This document shows, in pieces, positions 1-13,363 of a stretch of DNA of 64,000 nt; the first letter of the stretch is position 1; each line of letters opens with the position of its first letter. Below the pieces are notes generated by a model, which saw nothing but the letters and a program-made list of their open reading frames with translations, searched no databases and had not been told where the DNA came from. The position numbers and the translations under genes are program-made. Source of the stretch: Novakomyces olei (lineage: Eukaryota); assembly GCA_016906335.1 (NCBI GenBank), contig JADEYG010000015.1, positions 930,001 through 994,000 of the forward strand, read 5' to 3'.

Positions 1-2
1 CT

Positions 3-170
3 CCAACACTGCATGAGTATAAGGAGCAAGTGGCGAGTAGTCGGCCAGGTTCAGGGGTTGAGTACCAGTATGATTCTCATGGAGGGCGTGGACTTCCAAA
101 GCCGCCAAGACCAGACAAGATTCCGCTCGGGATATCGGAGCGGGAATGGGAGCTTATTAATTTTGGGTGA
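3..170 (+). CDS. 3' end of an unidentified gene running in from the left edge
   Basis: Frame open from position 3 to TGA 168-170 (PTLHEYKEQ...PKPPRPDKIPLGISEREWELINFG*), followed by AT-rich sequence convergent with ORC5. Confidence 0.5.
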   Translation, partial: PTLHEYKEQVASSRPGSGVEYQYDSHGGRGLPKPPRPDKIPLGISEREWELINFG

Positions 171-308
171 TCACACGGCGATTTCAGGTCGTTTTTGGTT
201 ACTGTTATAATTCTAATTATCATTATTATTAATGTTTTATGATCATATTCTTTGAATGCTTTTATTTGCTCTGTTTTGCATGCAATCATAGAAATGTCTG
301 GATGGGTA

Positions 309-1752
309 TCATATTTCTGGGTCAAGGTACTGGTCAATATCGAATCGGACATCGCGAGATATTCGTTTCACGTAATCATAGGTCGCTAAAGCCTTCCATT
401 TCGATGCTCCATCCATGATTTCAGCTGACTGAGAGAAGGATAGAGGCGTGACCAGCCGGAGAGCTCGTAGATTTGCGAGCTGTGCAAAGATATCGACCGA
501 CAAAAGACAGTCTTCAGAGCAGATTGGTGAATCTAGAACCAGATTTTCGTGTGCTACTGATCGGAAAATTGCAAGCAAACGCTCAAGCTCAAAGAGTTTA
601 GGACCCATTTCTGTGCTTACGAGCTGTGTTGCTCGTGACTTGCTTGTATTATTGATAACACGACGCTTCCTTCGCCTGCGATTTGGATCTGCCAAGCGGG
701 AAAAGAGTCGAGCGTCAAACTTGGTATGCACATAGCTGGCCAGGTATGCCGATATAAGCAAGTATATTCCGACTAGTGGAAGATTGTGACTGTGACCTTT
801 TGAAATTAGACAAAAACAGTAATCCAAGCAAAAGCTTACTCGATTCATCGCGGTGTAACGAGAGGTTTAATTCATCATGAACTATTGCCTCTTGTGTGAA
901 AAGATCGTTTTCACGTGAAATTCGCAGAAGTCCTAGGAAATCGTCCTCGTCCCATTCTAGCCGTAAGACGGGTTCAATAAATTTAGGCCACAGCCGGTAA
1001 GCAATATCAAGGTAGATACTGACACTCGGGGAAGCCCCAGAGCCATGCGTCTTTACAAGAATCTCACAGAATTTTTGCCAGACTATATGAGGCACATTTA
1101 CACTTTCTCCCGAATCATCCATCAGATTTTGCTCTAAATTTGTGCCTCCAAAAAACCGAATAACATTTGGCTGTGGTGGAAAAAGCGAAATTACGCGAAC
1201 GAGTTCGCTGTCAGAGTATCCGGGAAAATATATATGAGGCAAATACGTGGGAAGCTCCAGAGTAAGCTTCGATCTGGCAACAAGAAGAGCGCAAAGCCTA
1301 CCATGATCCGCCAATGATGGCAAATCCGATAGAACTGAAGCAAGCATTGGCGTATAATCCTTGACCTGGTCAATATGATCGAAAATAATCATAGTGGCCC
1401 TGTCCTTATCCGCCATTACGCGTATCCAAGCGACAAAATCATTAAGAGTTTCACACGCGCGCGCGCCCATCTGAGCCGTCATGCCCAAGAACTCAAGCAC
1501 ATGGTAAAATATAGATTTGCAATAACCCAATTTCCGGCAATCCACGTAACAAGTACGCCATTGCCGCCAAACATCAATAAAATATACGACACTGCGCGTT
1601 TTACCAGACGATGGTGGTCCGTGCACTAAAAGAGCTTTAGGGCTAGTTTCGACTTGCGAGAAATACACATTCAGAGCTTCAGCTTGAAGCTCTCGAGCAA
1701 TTGGAGGCTCTGCCTCCAAGTCGTCGAAAGAGACAGGCGCTTCGACGGACAT
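309..1752 (-). CDS. ORC5: Origin recognition complex subunit 5 (2 exons; intron 797-839)
   Basis: Walker A GPPSSGKT, IIFDHID, and ORC5 C-terminal YLLISAYLASY...FELERLLAIF. ORFs 715-1752 and 309-848 join in frame via GTAAGC...CTAAT...AAG. Confidence 0.9.
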
Positions 1753-1861
1753 TTTGGATTTTATTGCATTGCAATTGCAGCTGCAAGCTGGTATACTAAT
1801 GTCACTGTAATTTTTGGTAGTATGGCATTCTAATTATATATAAAATTACACGCTCGCATCG

Positions 1862-2241
1862 TATTATATTATATTATATTATATTATATTATATTATATT
1901 ATATTATATTATATTATATTATATTATATTATATTATATTATATTATATTATATTATATTATATTATATTATATTATATTATATTATATTATATTATATT
2001 ATATTATATTATATTATATTATATTATATTATATTATATTATATTATATTATATTATATTATATTATATTATATATATTATATTATATTATATTATATTA
2101 TATTATATTATATTATATTATATTATATTATATTATATTATATTATATTATATTATATTATATTATATTATATTATATTATATTATATTATATTATATTA
2201 TATTATATTATATTATATTATATTATATTATATTATATTAT
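1862..2241. repeat. (ATATT)n pentanucleotide microsatellite, ~380 bp
   Basis: Directly visible; one phase slip near 2071-2080. Confidence 0.98.
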
Positions 2242-2305
2242 CAACAAATAATATTTATCACATCAACACTAAACTGTGTATTTTGCGAGTCGGCCCAGTA
2301 CAAGC

Positions 2306-2781
2306 ATGTCGGATAAAGCATCAGATACCAAGGAGCAAATTGCTCAGCCGGTCGGCGAACAGCAAGTTTTTTTTCTCGTGACGATTGTACTTACTTTTAT
2401 TTGTAGGAAGGGCAAAGGAAGAGCGGAACCTGAGCAAGATATTCCTTCTGCCGTTTACGAATCCGAGTCGTCTGGGGATGAGGACGACGCTAACGAGCCT
2501 GAGGTACGAATATATCTTTATGAATTTTGCTAATGTTTTTTAGAACGTGGAATATGCCGATGGTATTTCATCATTGCTCTTCCTTTTATAATTCTTACAG
2601 AATAGATGATGACGACGAGGACGAGGACGATGATTTGGCTGAAATTGACATGACCAATATCGTCTCTGGACGCACTCGTGGCAAAAGGATTGATTTTTCA
2701 AAACAGGCTGAAGAGATTGGTGAGGATGATGATGAGGAGGAAGATGACGAAGACGATGATTTTGAGGCAATCGAAGAATGA
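2306..2781 (+). CDS. CHZ1: Histone H2A.Z chaperone Chz1 (4 exons; introns 2362-2406, 2504-2543, 2563-2605)
   Basis: Acidic protein with KGKGR and the CHZ motif DDLAEIDMTNIVSGRTRGKRIDF; intron phases give a continuous frame. Confidence 0.85.
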
Positions 2782-3108
2782 GACCATTTTATGCCTACAT
2801 TGTCGCGTTATTGAGTTATTGCACGCAAGCACGCACGCAAGCACATATTACCGCGCCAATTGTAGCTTTAACCTTCAACAAGCTAACAGACCCAACAAAA
2901 AATCGAGATTTAAACGGTTGGAAAAGTGTTCAATTAATCACCTATTTTCCTTTTATTATTTTCCTTTTCAATAGCTCGCTTCCTCGAAAAATGGTGAATG
3001 AATAATCATACATTTACTAAACTTGATCTACACATAACATTACAATAAACTTGTTGCTCTTAAGCTTGAATAATACCATCGAGAGGGGAGACCCGCGAGC
3101 TGAAATGT

Positions 3109-4779
3109 TTAGTCTCCATTCGGTCTCCTCAGCACCTCAACTAAATTCAGTATGCGTTGGCCATGACGGCTACCCTTGAGTGTGACGCGGCATCTATTTA
3201 CGCATGAAACTACTGCTTGCCATTGTGCAGGACTGCAAGCGCGTAGTAATTCCTGTACGAGGTAGTTCCCATACTGATCGCATGCTATTTCGACAAAAGC
3301 ATTCTTATGCATACCAGCCTCACGAACAGTCAGAACGGAAAAGTAAGCATTGCGGAACTCGGCTGGTCCGCGTTTCAGCCCACTATCGATAATTTTGGAA
3401 GCATATTGATGCTTACTAAACACTACGGCCTGCGATAGAACGCTTTTTAAAACAAACATTTGATGATTCCCACTGCCAAAGCACAGTAGATGCTGTATCA
3501 CCCAATTCCCCCATTTATGTTTTGCTAATTGGTCAAAGCTTTCTAGTACCTCGTTGATACAGGGCAATTTATCTTTCAGAGTGCAATTCTCGAACACGCT
3601 TTGTGCAATAAGACTCCCATATTCATTTGAGGCAATATCATACCAACTGCCTTTTAGTCTTGTACACAGTAATTCGGCAGTCTTCGCTACGAGATCATAG
3701 TGCTGAATCTCGAGTGCTTTTTGCCATACATGAGAGCCGAACCTGTTCACAAGCGTCTTATCCAATTTGAGCTCCAGAAAATGTAGTACTACAGTGACAA
3801 TATTTTTGTCACTACATTCAAGAAGCTTTTGTACAACGTGGCACCCGTACTGATTAGTGACAATGCTGACAAAGTCGTCCACAACGTAAAATAGAAAGGT
3901 TTTTAAATGCACATCTCGTGCTATTTCAACGCATTTTTGGACCAAAAAATTCCCTACACGGTTACATACAAGTAGCTTGCCTTGCTGTACAACTTTTTCC
4001 AGAATGACATCAACGTGCTCTTGGTTCTGAAGGAAGGTCTGCAAGCACAGAGAGGCTCGATGATCGTCATATGCGACGATTCTTTGGATATACTGATCAA
4101 GTTTATCCGTGGTCAAAGACGAGCCGTCAGACCGACTGTTGAATTTGGTGAAATTACGAAGGAAAGTATCGTATGTCGGTTTTTGATCAGTTATATGGTC
4201 TCTCTCAAATTCTTTGGGAGTTGGAAAGCACATTTCCGATGCTTTAGCATTTGAGCGACTGAACGGGTGTCGTTTGTCTTTAAGGTTTATAGCTTTATGC
4301 GATTGCTCTGTCCTTTGAGAGCCAACTTTATGTACACCAGTCTTGTGGGAATGACATGCCGCAGGCTCACTTTCACCAGCATCAAATTGTTGGTTTTTTC
4401 CGCTAAAACCGAGATTTGAATTAGCATCAGTTTTAGGGCCGAGTTTGATTCCGTCACAAGTCGTTCGGTAAGGTACAGCTCGATCAAGATTATGCGTTTT
4501 GCAGAGGGCACTTCCAGGCAAAAAAGTGCTAGCTAGGACGGGGCCTTCTGACTCACATTTCGACGACATTCTTAGATGTTTAGATGCATAGAGCTGATTT
4601 AAAATTTCATGGTCGCTAAGCTCAAGGGCGCGGAGCTGGTTGACAAGACTTCTGAGCTCAGAACTGCATCCATCGTCAATCAAAGATATTAGAGTAGATT
4701 GTTCATAACAAGACTCCATGGTTTCAAACAAGAAAAGGTGCTCAGTTGGCCTTTGGATGCTCAAGAGAAGGTCACCCAA
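3109..4779 (-). CDS. Pumilio/PUF-family RNA-binding protein (start may be the downstream ATG ~4719)
   Basis: PUF repeats NRVGNFLVQK, NQYGCHVVQK, NRFGSHVWQK, NEYGSLIAQS, HKWGNWVIQH, HQYASKII, DQYGNYLVQE. Confidence 0.9.
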   Translation of the reverse strand: MGDLLLSIQRPTEHLFLFETMESCYEQSTLISLIDDGCSSELRSLVNQLRALELSDHEILNQLYASKHLRMSSKCESEGPVLASTFLPGSALCKTHNLDRAVPYRTTCDGIKLGPKTDANSNLGFSGKNQQFDAGESEPAACHSHKTGVHKVGSQRTEQSHKAINLKDKRHPFSRSNAKASEMCFPTPKEFERDHITDQKPTYDTFLRNFTKFNSRSDGSSLTTDKLDQYIQRIVAYDDHRASLCLQTFLQNQEHVDVILEKVVQQGKLLVCNRVGNFLVQKCVEIARDVHLKTFLFYVVDDFVSIVTNQYGCHVVQKLLECSDKNIVTVVLHFLELKLDKTLVNRFGSHVWQKALEIQHYDLVAKTAELLCTRLKGSWYDIASNEYGSLIAQSVFENCTLKDKLPCINEVLESFDQLAKHKWGNWVIQHLLCFGSGNHQMFVLKSVLSQAVVFSKHQYASKIIDSGLKRGPAEFRNAYFSVLTVREAGMHKNAFVEIACDQYGNYLVQELLRACSPAQWQAVVSCVNRCRVTLKGSRHGQRILNLVEVLRRPNGD

Positions 4780-5159
4780 GAGTTCCTGTTACCAAACTTT
4801 AAGCGACTCTGGCAGAATAGTAAACCATATCCCGGCGACTTTGTAAAGCGATTTAAACTCTGAGCTTTGCTCAGGGTAAAAGCCTGCCCGCACTCAAACT
4901 TTACAGGGGTCTTTATAGTCAGAAAAAGAAGATTGCCATATTCAAATGCCGCGCAAGGCGCTCTAAACTATACATTTAGAAGCCGCCCCTGAAGCGCAGT
5001 TCGTTGAAAGTCGGCATACTGGCTTTTTAGCCTAAGCGGGACTTAATCGTAAAATTGCCGACGAGTTGCGAGATTGTGATTGTAGTTCCAAAGATTAGAT
5101 AGATAAGGGTGAATTGATCTAAATACATTATTATTTTAATTTATTATTTGATTAATAAA

Positions 5160-5383
5160 GTCGAGAAAAAGACCCTATATAAATTTTATTTATTTCTATT
5201 TCTTCTGAATTAATTGTCTCCACATGGATAATTCTATCTCCACATTACTCACTGAAATCTCCTCTAGATTCTTTACTCTCTCATTACGAGATCTAAATTT
5301 ATTGAATATTATGTATATATGCCCCTGATCGCCGCGCCCTAGGGAGCCTTTACCATTTTGCGCTGCCTTTATCTAAACTAACA
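5160..5383 (+). mobile_element. Degenerate solo LTR, family B
   Basis: Shares ACATGGATAATTCT(A/G)TCTC...CTGAA(A/G)TCTCC...CCTGATCGC with the copies at 33176 and 60392; weaker match to the 49290 copy. Confidence 0.6.
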
Positions 5384-6013
5384 AAATTAGATCGCCCCAG
5401 TACTATCGCTGGCATTGTTACTTTGAAATGTCTCGTTGCTTGTTCATTAGACGAACACGAAAAACGTAAAAGGCATCGCGAGTGCAGGACTTAAATTCGA
5501 CAGAATAATATGTAATTTTCGATTTATGATTGAAAAAGGAATCTCTGATCCTGCTGCACTCTTCTCAAATTTGAAGCGGCCCTTTTCTAAAATTCAAATT
5601 AGATGTTTTAAGTCAGCTATGCAGAACGGATTCTATTTTAGACACTATATTACAATATAATCTTTAACTTTTGTTTTAATTATTTTGGGGTGTTTATTGA
5701 ACAGTAATATTATATAATCCGCAAGATTTGCTAGTCATTTCACATAAATTGAGGATTTATTAATTTACATTTATAATTATAATTATATGTTTATCCAAAT
5801 TTATATTTTATTATGCATCTGTAAGATTTCACTTGCGCGCTTGTATACTCTATTCGCAAGATCTAGAATTTCAAACTTGGACCAAACTGTATCCGAATAG
5901 CGTAATAGCGTTATCTCGTGCAGTGAATAAAAACCAAATCGATGCGCGTAGCCAAGTGATTAACGTGCAGGGAAAGAAACCAAGGACCGATCATCCACCG
6001 TAAAGGGTACGCG

Positions 6014-6023
6014 GTCACGTGAC
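6014..6023. promoter_or_regulatory. Palindromic E-box GTCACGTGAC (bHLH/Cbf1-type site)
   Basis: Perfect 10-bp palindrome ~450 bp upstream of the repeat-protein gene; function inferred. Confidence 0.4.
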
Positions 6024-6466
6024 TGAATAATTATTGTAATAAAAAATCTTGATACGCGTGATGGCCAATCAAATGTCTTAATCTAACAAAGGCGCGATAA
6101 AGGCGTATAACTATAGACATAAAAAAGCCAGGCCATTCGGCGCCGTTGCTCCAACATGTGCAAAGATGGAGAGGCCGGCCGAGACAAAAACCTTTTTGAT
6201 CGCCACGCAGTTTCCTAAAACAAAGAGTTTCTAATTTGCGATGACGTGGAAATTGCAATTAGCAGAGTTTAATTAGGCACAATTACCTGAATGGTTTGAG
6301 ATAGCAACCGTAGACCAAATAGGATGTTTACTTGTTTACGCTGTAATCAAAAGATTCACTTATAAAAACGCGTCGCCCCGCAGAGCGCACCCACAGGAAA
6401 CCAAACACTGGTGTCCTTTGCGAAGAGATCTGTGCCGATTGTCCACAAAGCTTTCTTCGAACCAAG

Positions 6467-9429
6467 ATGTTCTGCTACGGCTGCCTGTTACTGGCTTTTG
6501 TTCCCTTGTTTTTGGTACTAATTTTAATTCAGCAAAAAGGTAAGCATATGATCGACGTTGCCAAGTCTTTTGGCAAGAATGTCTCGCGGATCTACAAGGA
6601 AATCCAAGCTTCAGAGCGTTTCGCCGAGCAGCAAGTGACTGCCAAGGTTCAGGCCGATGCCGTGGAGGAGGCCAGGGAGGCCAAGGAGGCCAGGGAGGCC
6701 GAGGCTGCAAAGGCTATGAAGGGTTTAATGGTCAGGGCGGCCATGGAGGCCGCAAAGGCTCGAGAGGTCGAGGCCGCAAAGGCTCGAGAGGTTGAGGCCG
6801 CAAAGGCTAGAGAGGTCAAGGCCGCAAAGGCCGCAAGGGCTAGAGAGGTCAAGGCCGCAAAGGCTAGAGAGGTCGAGGCCGCAAAGGCTAGAGAGGTCGA
6901 GGCCGCAAAGGCTAGAGAGGTCGAGGCCGCAAAGGCTAGAGAGGTCGAGGCCGCAAAGGCTAGAGAGGTCGAGACCGCAAAGGCTAGAGAGGTCAAGGCC
7001 GCAAAGGCCGCAAAGGCTAGAGAGGTCGAGGCCGCAGCCGCAAGGTTTAGAGAGGCCAAGGTCGCAAAGGCTAGAGAGGTCGAGGCCGCAAAGGCTAGAG
7101 AGGTCGAGGCCGCAAAGGCCGCAAAGGCCGCAAGGGCTAGAGAGGTCGAGGCCGCAAAGGCCGCAAGGGCTAGAGAGGTCAAGGCCGCAAAGGCTAGAGA
7201 GGTCGAGGCCGCAAAGGCTAGAGAGGTCGAGGCCGCAAAGGTTAGAGAGTTCAAGGCCGCAAAGGCTAGAGAGTTCGAGGCCGCAAAGGCTAGAGAGTTC
7301 GAGGCCGCAGCCGCAAGGTTTAGAGAGGCCAAGGCCGCAAAGGCTAGAGAGGTCGAGGCCGCAAAGGCTAGAGAGGTCGAGGCCGCAAAGGCTAGAGAGG
7401 TCGAGGCCGCAAAGGCTAGAGAGGTCGAGGCCGCAAAGGCTAGAGAGGTCGAGGCCGCAAAGGCTAGAGAGGTCGAAGCCGCAAAGGTTAGAGAGTTCAA
7501 GGCCGCAAAGGCTAGAGAGTTCGAGGCCGCAAAGGCTAGAGAGTTCGAGGCCGCAGCCGCAAGGTTTAGAGAGGCCAAGGCCGCAAAGGCTAGAGAGGTC
7601 GAGGCCGCAAAGGCTAGAGAGGTCGAGGCCGCAAAGGCTAGAGAGGTCGAGGCCGCAAAGGCTAGAGAGGTCGAGGCCGTAAAGGCTAGAGAGGTCGAGG
7701 CCGTAAAGGCTAGAGAGGTCGAGGCCGCAAAGGCTAGAGAGGTCGAGGCCGTAAAGGCTAGAGAGGTCGAGGCCGCAAAGGCTAGAGAGGTCGAGGCCGC
7801 AAAGGCTAGAGAGGTCGAGGCCGCAAAGGCCGCAAAGGCTAGAGAGGTCGAGGCCGCAAAGGCTAGAGAGGTCGAGGCCGTAAAGGCTAGAGAGGTCGAG
7901 GCCGCAAAGGCTAGAGAGGTCGAGGCCGCAAAGGCTAGAGAGGTCGAGGCCGCAAAGGCCGCAAAGGCTAGAGAGGTCGAGGCCGCAAAGGCCACAAAGG
8001 CTAGAGAGGTCGAGGCCGCAAAGGCCACAAAGGCTAGAGAGGTCGAGGCCGCAGCCGCAAGGTTTAGAGAGGCCAAGGCCACAAAGGCTAGAGAGGTCGA
8101 GGCCGCAGCCGCAAGGTTTAGAGAGGCCAAGGCCGCAAAGGCTAGAGAGGTCGAGGCCGCAAAGGCCGCAAAGGCTAGAGAGGTCGAGGCCGCAAAGGCT
8201 AGAGAGGTCGAGGCCGCAAAGGCCGCAAAGGCTAGAGAGGTCGAGGCCGCAAAGGCTAGAGAGGTCGAGGCCGCAAAGGCCACAAAGGCTAGAGAGGTCG
8301 AGGCCGCAGCCGTAAGGTTTAGAGAGGCCAAGGCCGCAAAGGCTAGAGAGGTCGAGGCCAAGGTGGCCACGCGGGCCAGGGATACCGCTGTCTGTGTGCC
8401 AAGCAGCTCCACCCTGAAGCGAGCTTCGGCTAGCGCGAGAGATGATTGTGTTCTCGCCCGAGAGCAAACTGAGAGGCGGTTTCTCGATTTTGTGGAGGAG
8501 ATGAAAGCAGTGGAGACTGCCAAGGAGCAGGCAAAAGTGGCTACTTCACGGGAGCAAGCGTTTCAGTTCTTTCGGGCTTGGATGAACGGGTGGCCGTGTG
8601 CAGCGGCTACTGCTGCGAACAACAAGCTGAGAATTCAGTACTACTCTCTACATACGGATCGGGAGGAAGTCTACTTTGACAGGCCGATTCCCTTTCCTTT
8701 CTTCCATACCGAGCTATCTACTGGACCAGAGTTCTATGAGCAGGTCAAGGAGGCCGAGCAGTTTGGTAAAGTTTATTTGTTTTTTATTGTTTTTCTGTTT
8801 TCTGTTTTTTTTGCTTATTTTTTTCAACTTTACAATTCTAACCTAACAGCTTTGAACGGGAATGTCTTTGCGTTATTTCAAATAACGCGAGATAACACTG
8901 TGCAAAACTCGAAAATGGTAAATACTTACCGTCTTCGTTATGCCGCAGTAATCAATGGGAAACGGCTCGATACATGCCAACGAACTTGCTCTCGCTCAAA
9001 AAATCTCAAAGTACACGCATTAAGATTGAAAAAATACTGCTGTTTTAAATTTGACTTTGGTCCCGGTGATGAGTTTGATCAGTACACATACCGCCCTAAG
9101 AAAAGGCCTGGACGGATTCAGTGGGCCGATACTTTGGAACGTGGCCCTGGCGCCGGATACGGGGATCGAGACGGCGCGCAAAAAAGGCGAGGAGGCCTGG
9201 CGTCGTACAAATTTAATTTACGGAAAGCACAAGACGATAAGCCTAAACAGATCTATTTCCAGCGCGTGCGTTTTGTCAAACGCCTCTTAATCAAGTCGGA
9301 GGCAGAAAGCATTTTCCTGGACTATGGGCGTTTGCCTCCACCAAAGCGCCCAATGTGAGTCTCTTCGAGTGGTTTTTTGATGACCTTCTTTCTAACTTCT
9401 ACAGTGACCCTTCTACTCCTCACAAATAA
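6467..9429 (+). CDS. Orphan protein: N-terminal TM anchor, ~540 aa AKAREVEA helical repeat, unique C-terminal domain (probable introns 8766-8849 and 9355-9404)
   Basis: 963-codon ORF with hydrophobic N-terminus LLLAFVPLFLVLILI. In-frame T-rich 84-nt GTAAAG...CTAACAG intron; GTGAGT...CTAAC...CAG intron gives the end IDPSTPHK*. Confidence 0.7.
6745..8362 (+). repeat. Coding minisatellite, 24-bp unit GAGAGGTCGAGGCCGCAAAGGCTA with variant units
   Basis: Directly visible; higher-order block repeated at 7241 and 7487 (246-bp period). Confidence 0.97.
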
Positions 9430-9526
9430 ACATGGGGAGCCTAAATGAAACCGAAAAAAAAAATCTAAAATTTTGAAATGAACTAAAAATTTAAAAATTA
9501 AAAAACTTGAACTAAAAATTTGACTG

Positions 9527-9527
<1 letters not shown>

Positions 9528-9588
<61 letters not shown>

Positions 9589-9737
9589 TGTTTGTTTGTT
9601 TGTTTGTTTGTTTGTTTGTTTGTTTGTTTGTTTGTTTGTTTGTTTGTTTGTTTGTTTGTTTGTTTTTTTGTTTTTTTGTTTTTTTGTTTGTTTGTTTTTT
9701 TGTTTGTTTGTTTTTTTGTTTGTTTGTTTGTTTGTTT
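9528..9737. repeat. Compound (TGAT)n-(TTTG)n microsatellite
   Basis: Directly visible. Confidence 0.95.
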
Positions 9738-9850
9738 ATCTGGATGGCTGGATGGTTGGATGTTTGTCTGCTTGCTTGCTTAACTGTTTGCTTATCATTT
9801 CTTTGTTCAATGGTTACTGACTTTCATTTATTGTCTTCCATATACAACCC

Positions 9851-11501
<1,651 letters not shown>

Positions 11502-11960
11502 TCCCTGTTTGAGGAAAACATCTCCTCATCCATAATAAACATTGATTATATGTAATATAATCTTCAAGTATCAGTATATAAAAGTTTGGCATTTTTGAAT
11601 CTTCTTGTCTGGAAGATAGCATCTCCATCTTATATTTGTTTCATTCATATTATTCTCGTTATAATAATCGAGCTGCTTATGGTTGCTGTTTTACAAATAA
11701 TATAGGTACAATGAGCGCTTACTTGTCTATGTAAGACAGCAGCGTACTTTTATATGTGCGATTAATGGTAACGTGAATAACACGTAGGCCAACGTCGCAA
11801 ATTATTTTTGTTTACTATTATCCACTAGTACACACATTGCGTAGCGCTTGTTATTTTGCTGGACTTGGACTGCGATTCTTGACTTGGAGGCTGCAGCTCA
11901 GCGTAGATATAGCTGGTGCAAGAGTAATCGCTATTTTTCAGGCCAGCGCTAAAGGGAAAA

Positions 11961-13363
11961 ATGGCCAGGAAAGGATCAACTCCAGCCAAATCGCATGCGC
12001 GAAAGAGTGCAGGTACACCGCAGGGGACAAATTCAGTGGAAAATGGAAATTCACTTGGAACGGTCGCTGTAAGCTTCAAGATTTAAGCGTGTCTAACTAT
12101 TTGAACAGAAAACACACCGCAACCTTGTTCAGCGGACAATATGGACCTTCATAATGCTTCTCTTCTTTTTTGCACTTTTGGCAGCCGGGCATATCTGGAT
12201 AATAGGTCTGATTTTTTTTGTGGAAGTCATGGTTTTCAATGAGGTCTTGGCTATAGCAAGCGTGCCGGCCAAGGAGAAGAAGCTGCCATGGTTTCGTGCC
12301 ATGAATTGGTAAGATGAAACACAAGACGACTGCTTGACATTCTATGTTTCTAATTCGCAATAGGTATTTCCTTGGTGTTTTCCTGTACTTTACGTACGGA
12401 GAAACGGTTATACATTACTTTAAGCACCTCGTATTCGTGGATGAGTATCTCGCCAAACTTGCGACACATCATCGGTTTTTTTGTTTTCTGCTTTACTGTC
12501 TTGGCTTTGCCGGATTTGTGCTTAGCTTACGGCCGGGACATTATCAATTCCAATTCGCTCAGTTCTGCTGGGCGCATATGACGCTTATGTTTGTCGTTGG
12601 ATGCTCGCATTTTATAATCAACAATGTATTAGAAGGTCTTTTTTGGTTTGTCGTACCCGTCTCGTACGTAATCATTAACGATATATTTGCCTATGTGTGT
12701 GGTAAATTATTCGGCCGTCATCCGCTGATTGCTATTTCGCCAAAAAAGACACGTGAAGGATTTATTGGGGCTTGGTTTTTTACTGTCGTGCTTGGTGGGC
12801 TGTTTGCAGAATTTTTGCTGCGGTACAATTATTTCGTTTGTCCCGTGCACGAATTGGACGTTAATATGTTTACACCTATACATTGCAAATTAAACCCAGT
12901 TTTTGTGCCTCAGACGTATCATCTTCCGGCTGAGCTTTCAGGCAAATACTTTTTCCCAGAGACGGTGGTATTTAAGCCAATCCATTTACATTTGGCAGTT
13001 TTGTCTACATTCGCGTCATTGTTTGCACCGTTTGGAGGCTTTTTTGCCTCTGGCTTAAAAAGGGCTTTCAAAATTAAGGATTTCGGAGATTCTATTCCAG
13101 GTCACGGAGGCCTCACCGACCGTATGGATTGTCAGTTTTTGAATGGAGCATTCGTGTTTCTGTACTATCAATCATTTATTGCAGAACATCATACATCAGT
13201 AGGCCATTTGCTAGAACTGGCGACGCAGGCGCTGACATTGGAAGAGCAAGTTGAGTTATTACAAAAATTGGCACAGTACACTATGGGACAGGGCCTTATG
13301 AGTAAAGCAACGGAGCAATGCTTTTTAAAATCAAAGTTTATTGCTCCTATAGAAACTGACTGA
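11961..13363 (+). CDS. CDS1: Phosphatidate cytidylyltransferase / CDP-DAG synthase (3 exons; introns 12069-12108, 12309-12363)
   Basis: ISPKKT.EGF and SGLKRAFKIKDFGDSIPGHGGLTDRMDCQ signatures; spliced N-terminus MARKG...RTIWTFIML. Confidence 0.95.

Noticed and set aside
715-848. Apparent frameshift in ORC5
   Set aside because: Explained by a 43-nt intron (797-839).
6014-6023. CDEI-like GTCACGTG as a point centromere
   Set aside because: No adjacent CDEII/CDEIII arrangement; more likely a promoter E-box.
6745-8362. CRISPR-like appearance of the regular repeat
   Set aside because: Units are contiguous with no unique spacers; eukaryotic coding minisatellite.
6649-8523. Long antisense and alternate-frame ORFs (624, 580, 296 aa) over the minisatellite
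   Set aside because: Open only because the 24-bp unit lacks stops; they end at or near the repeat edges.
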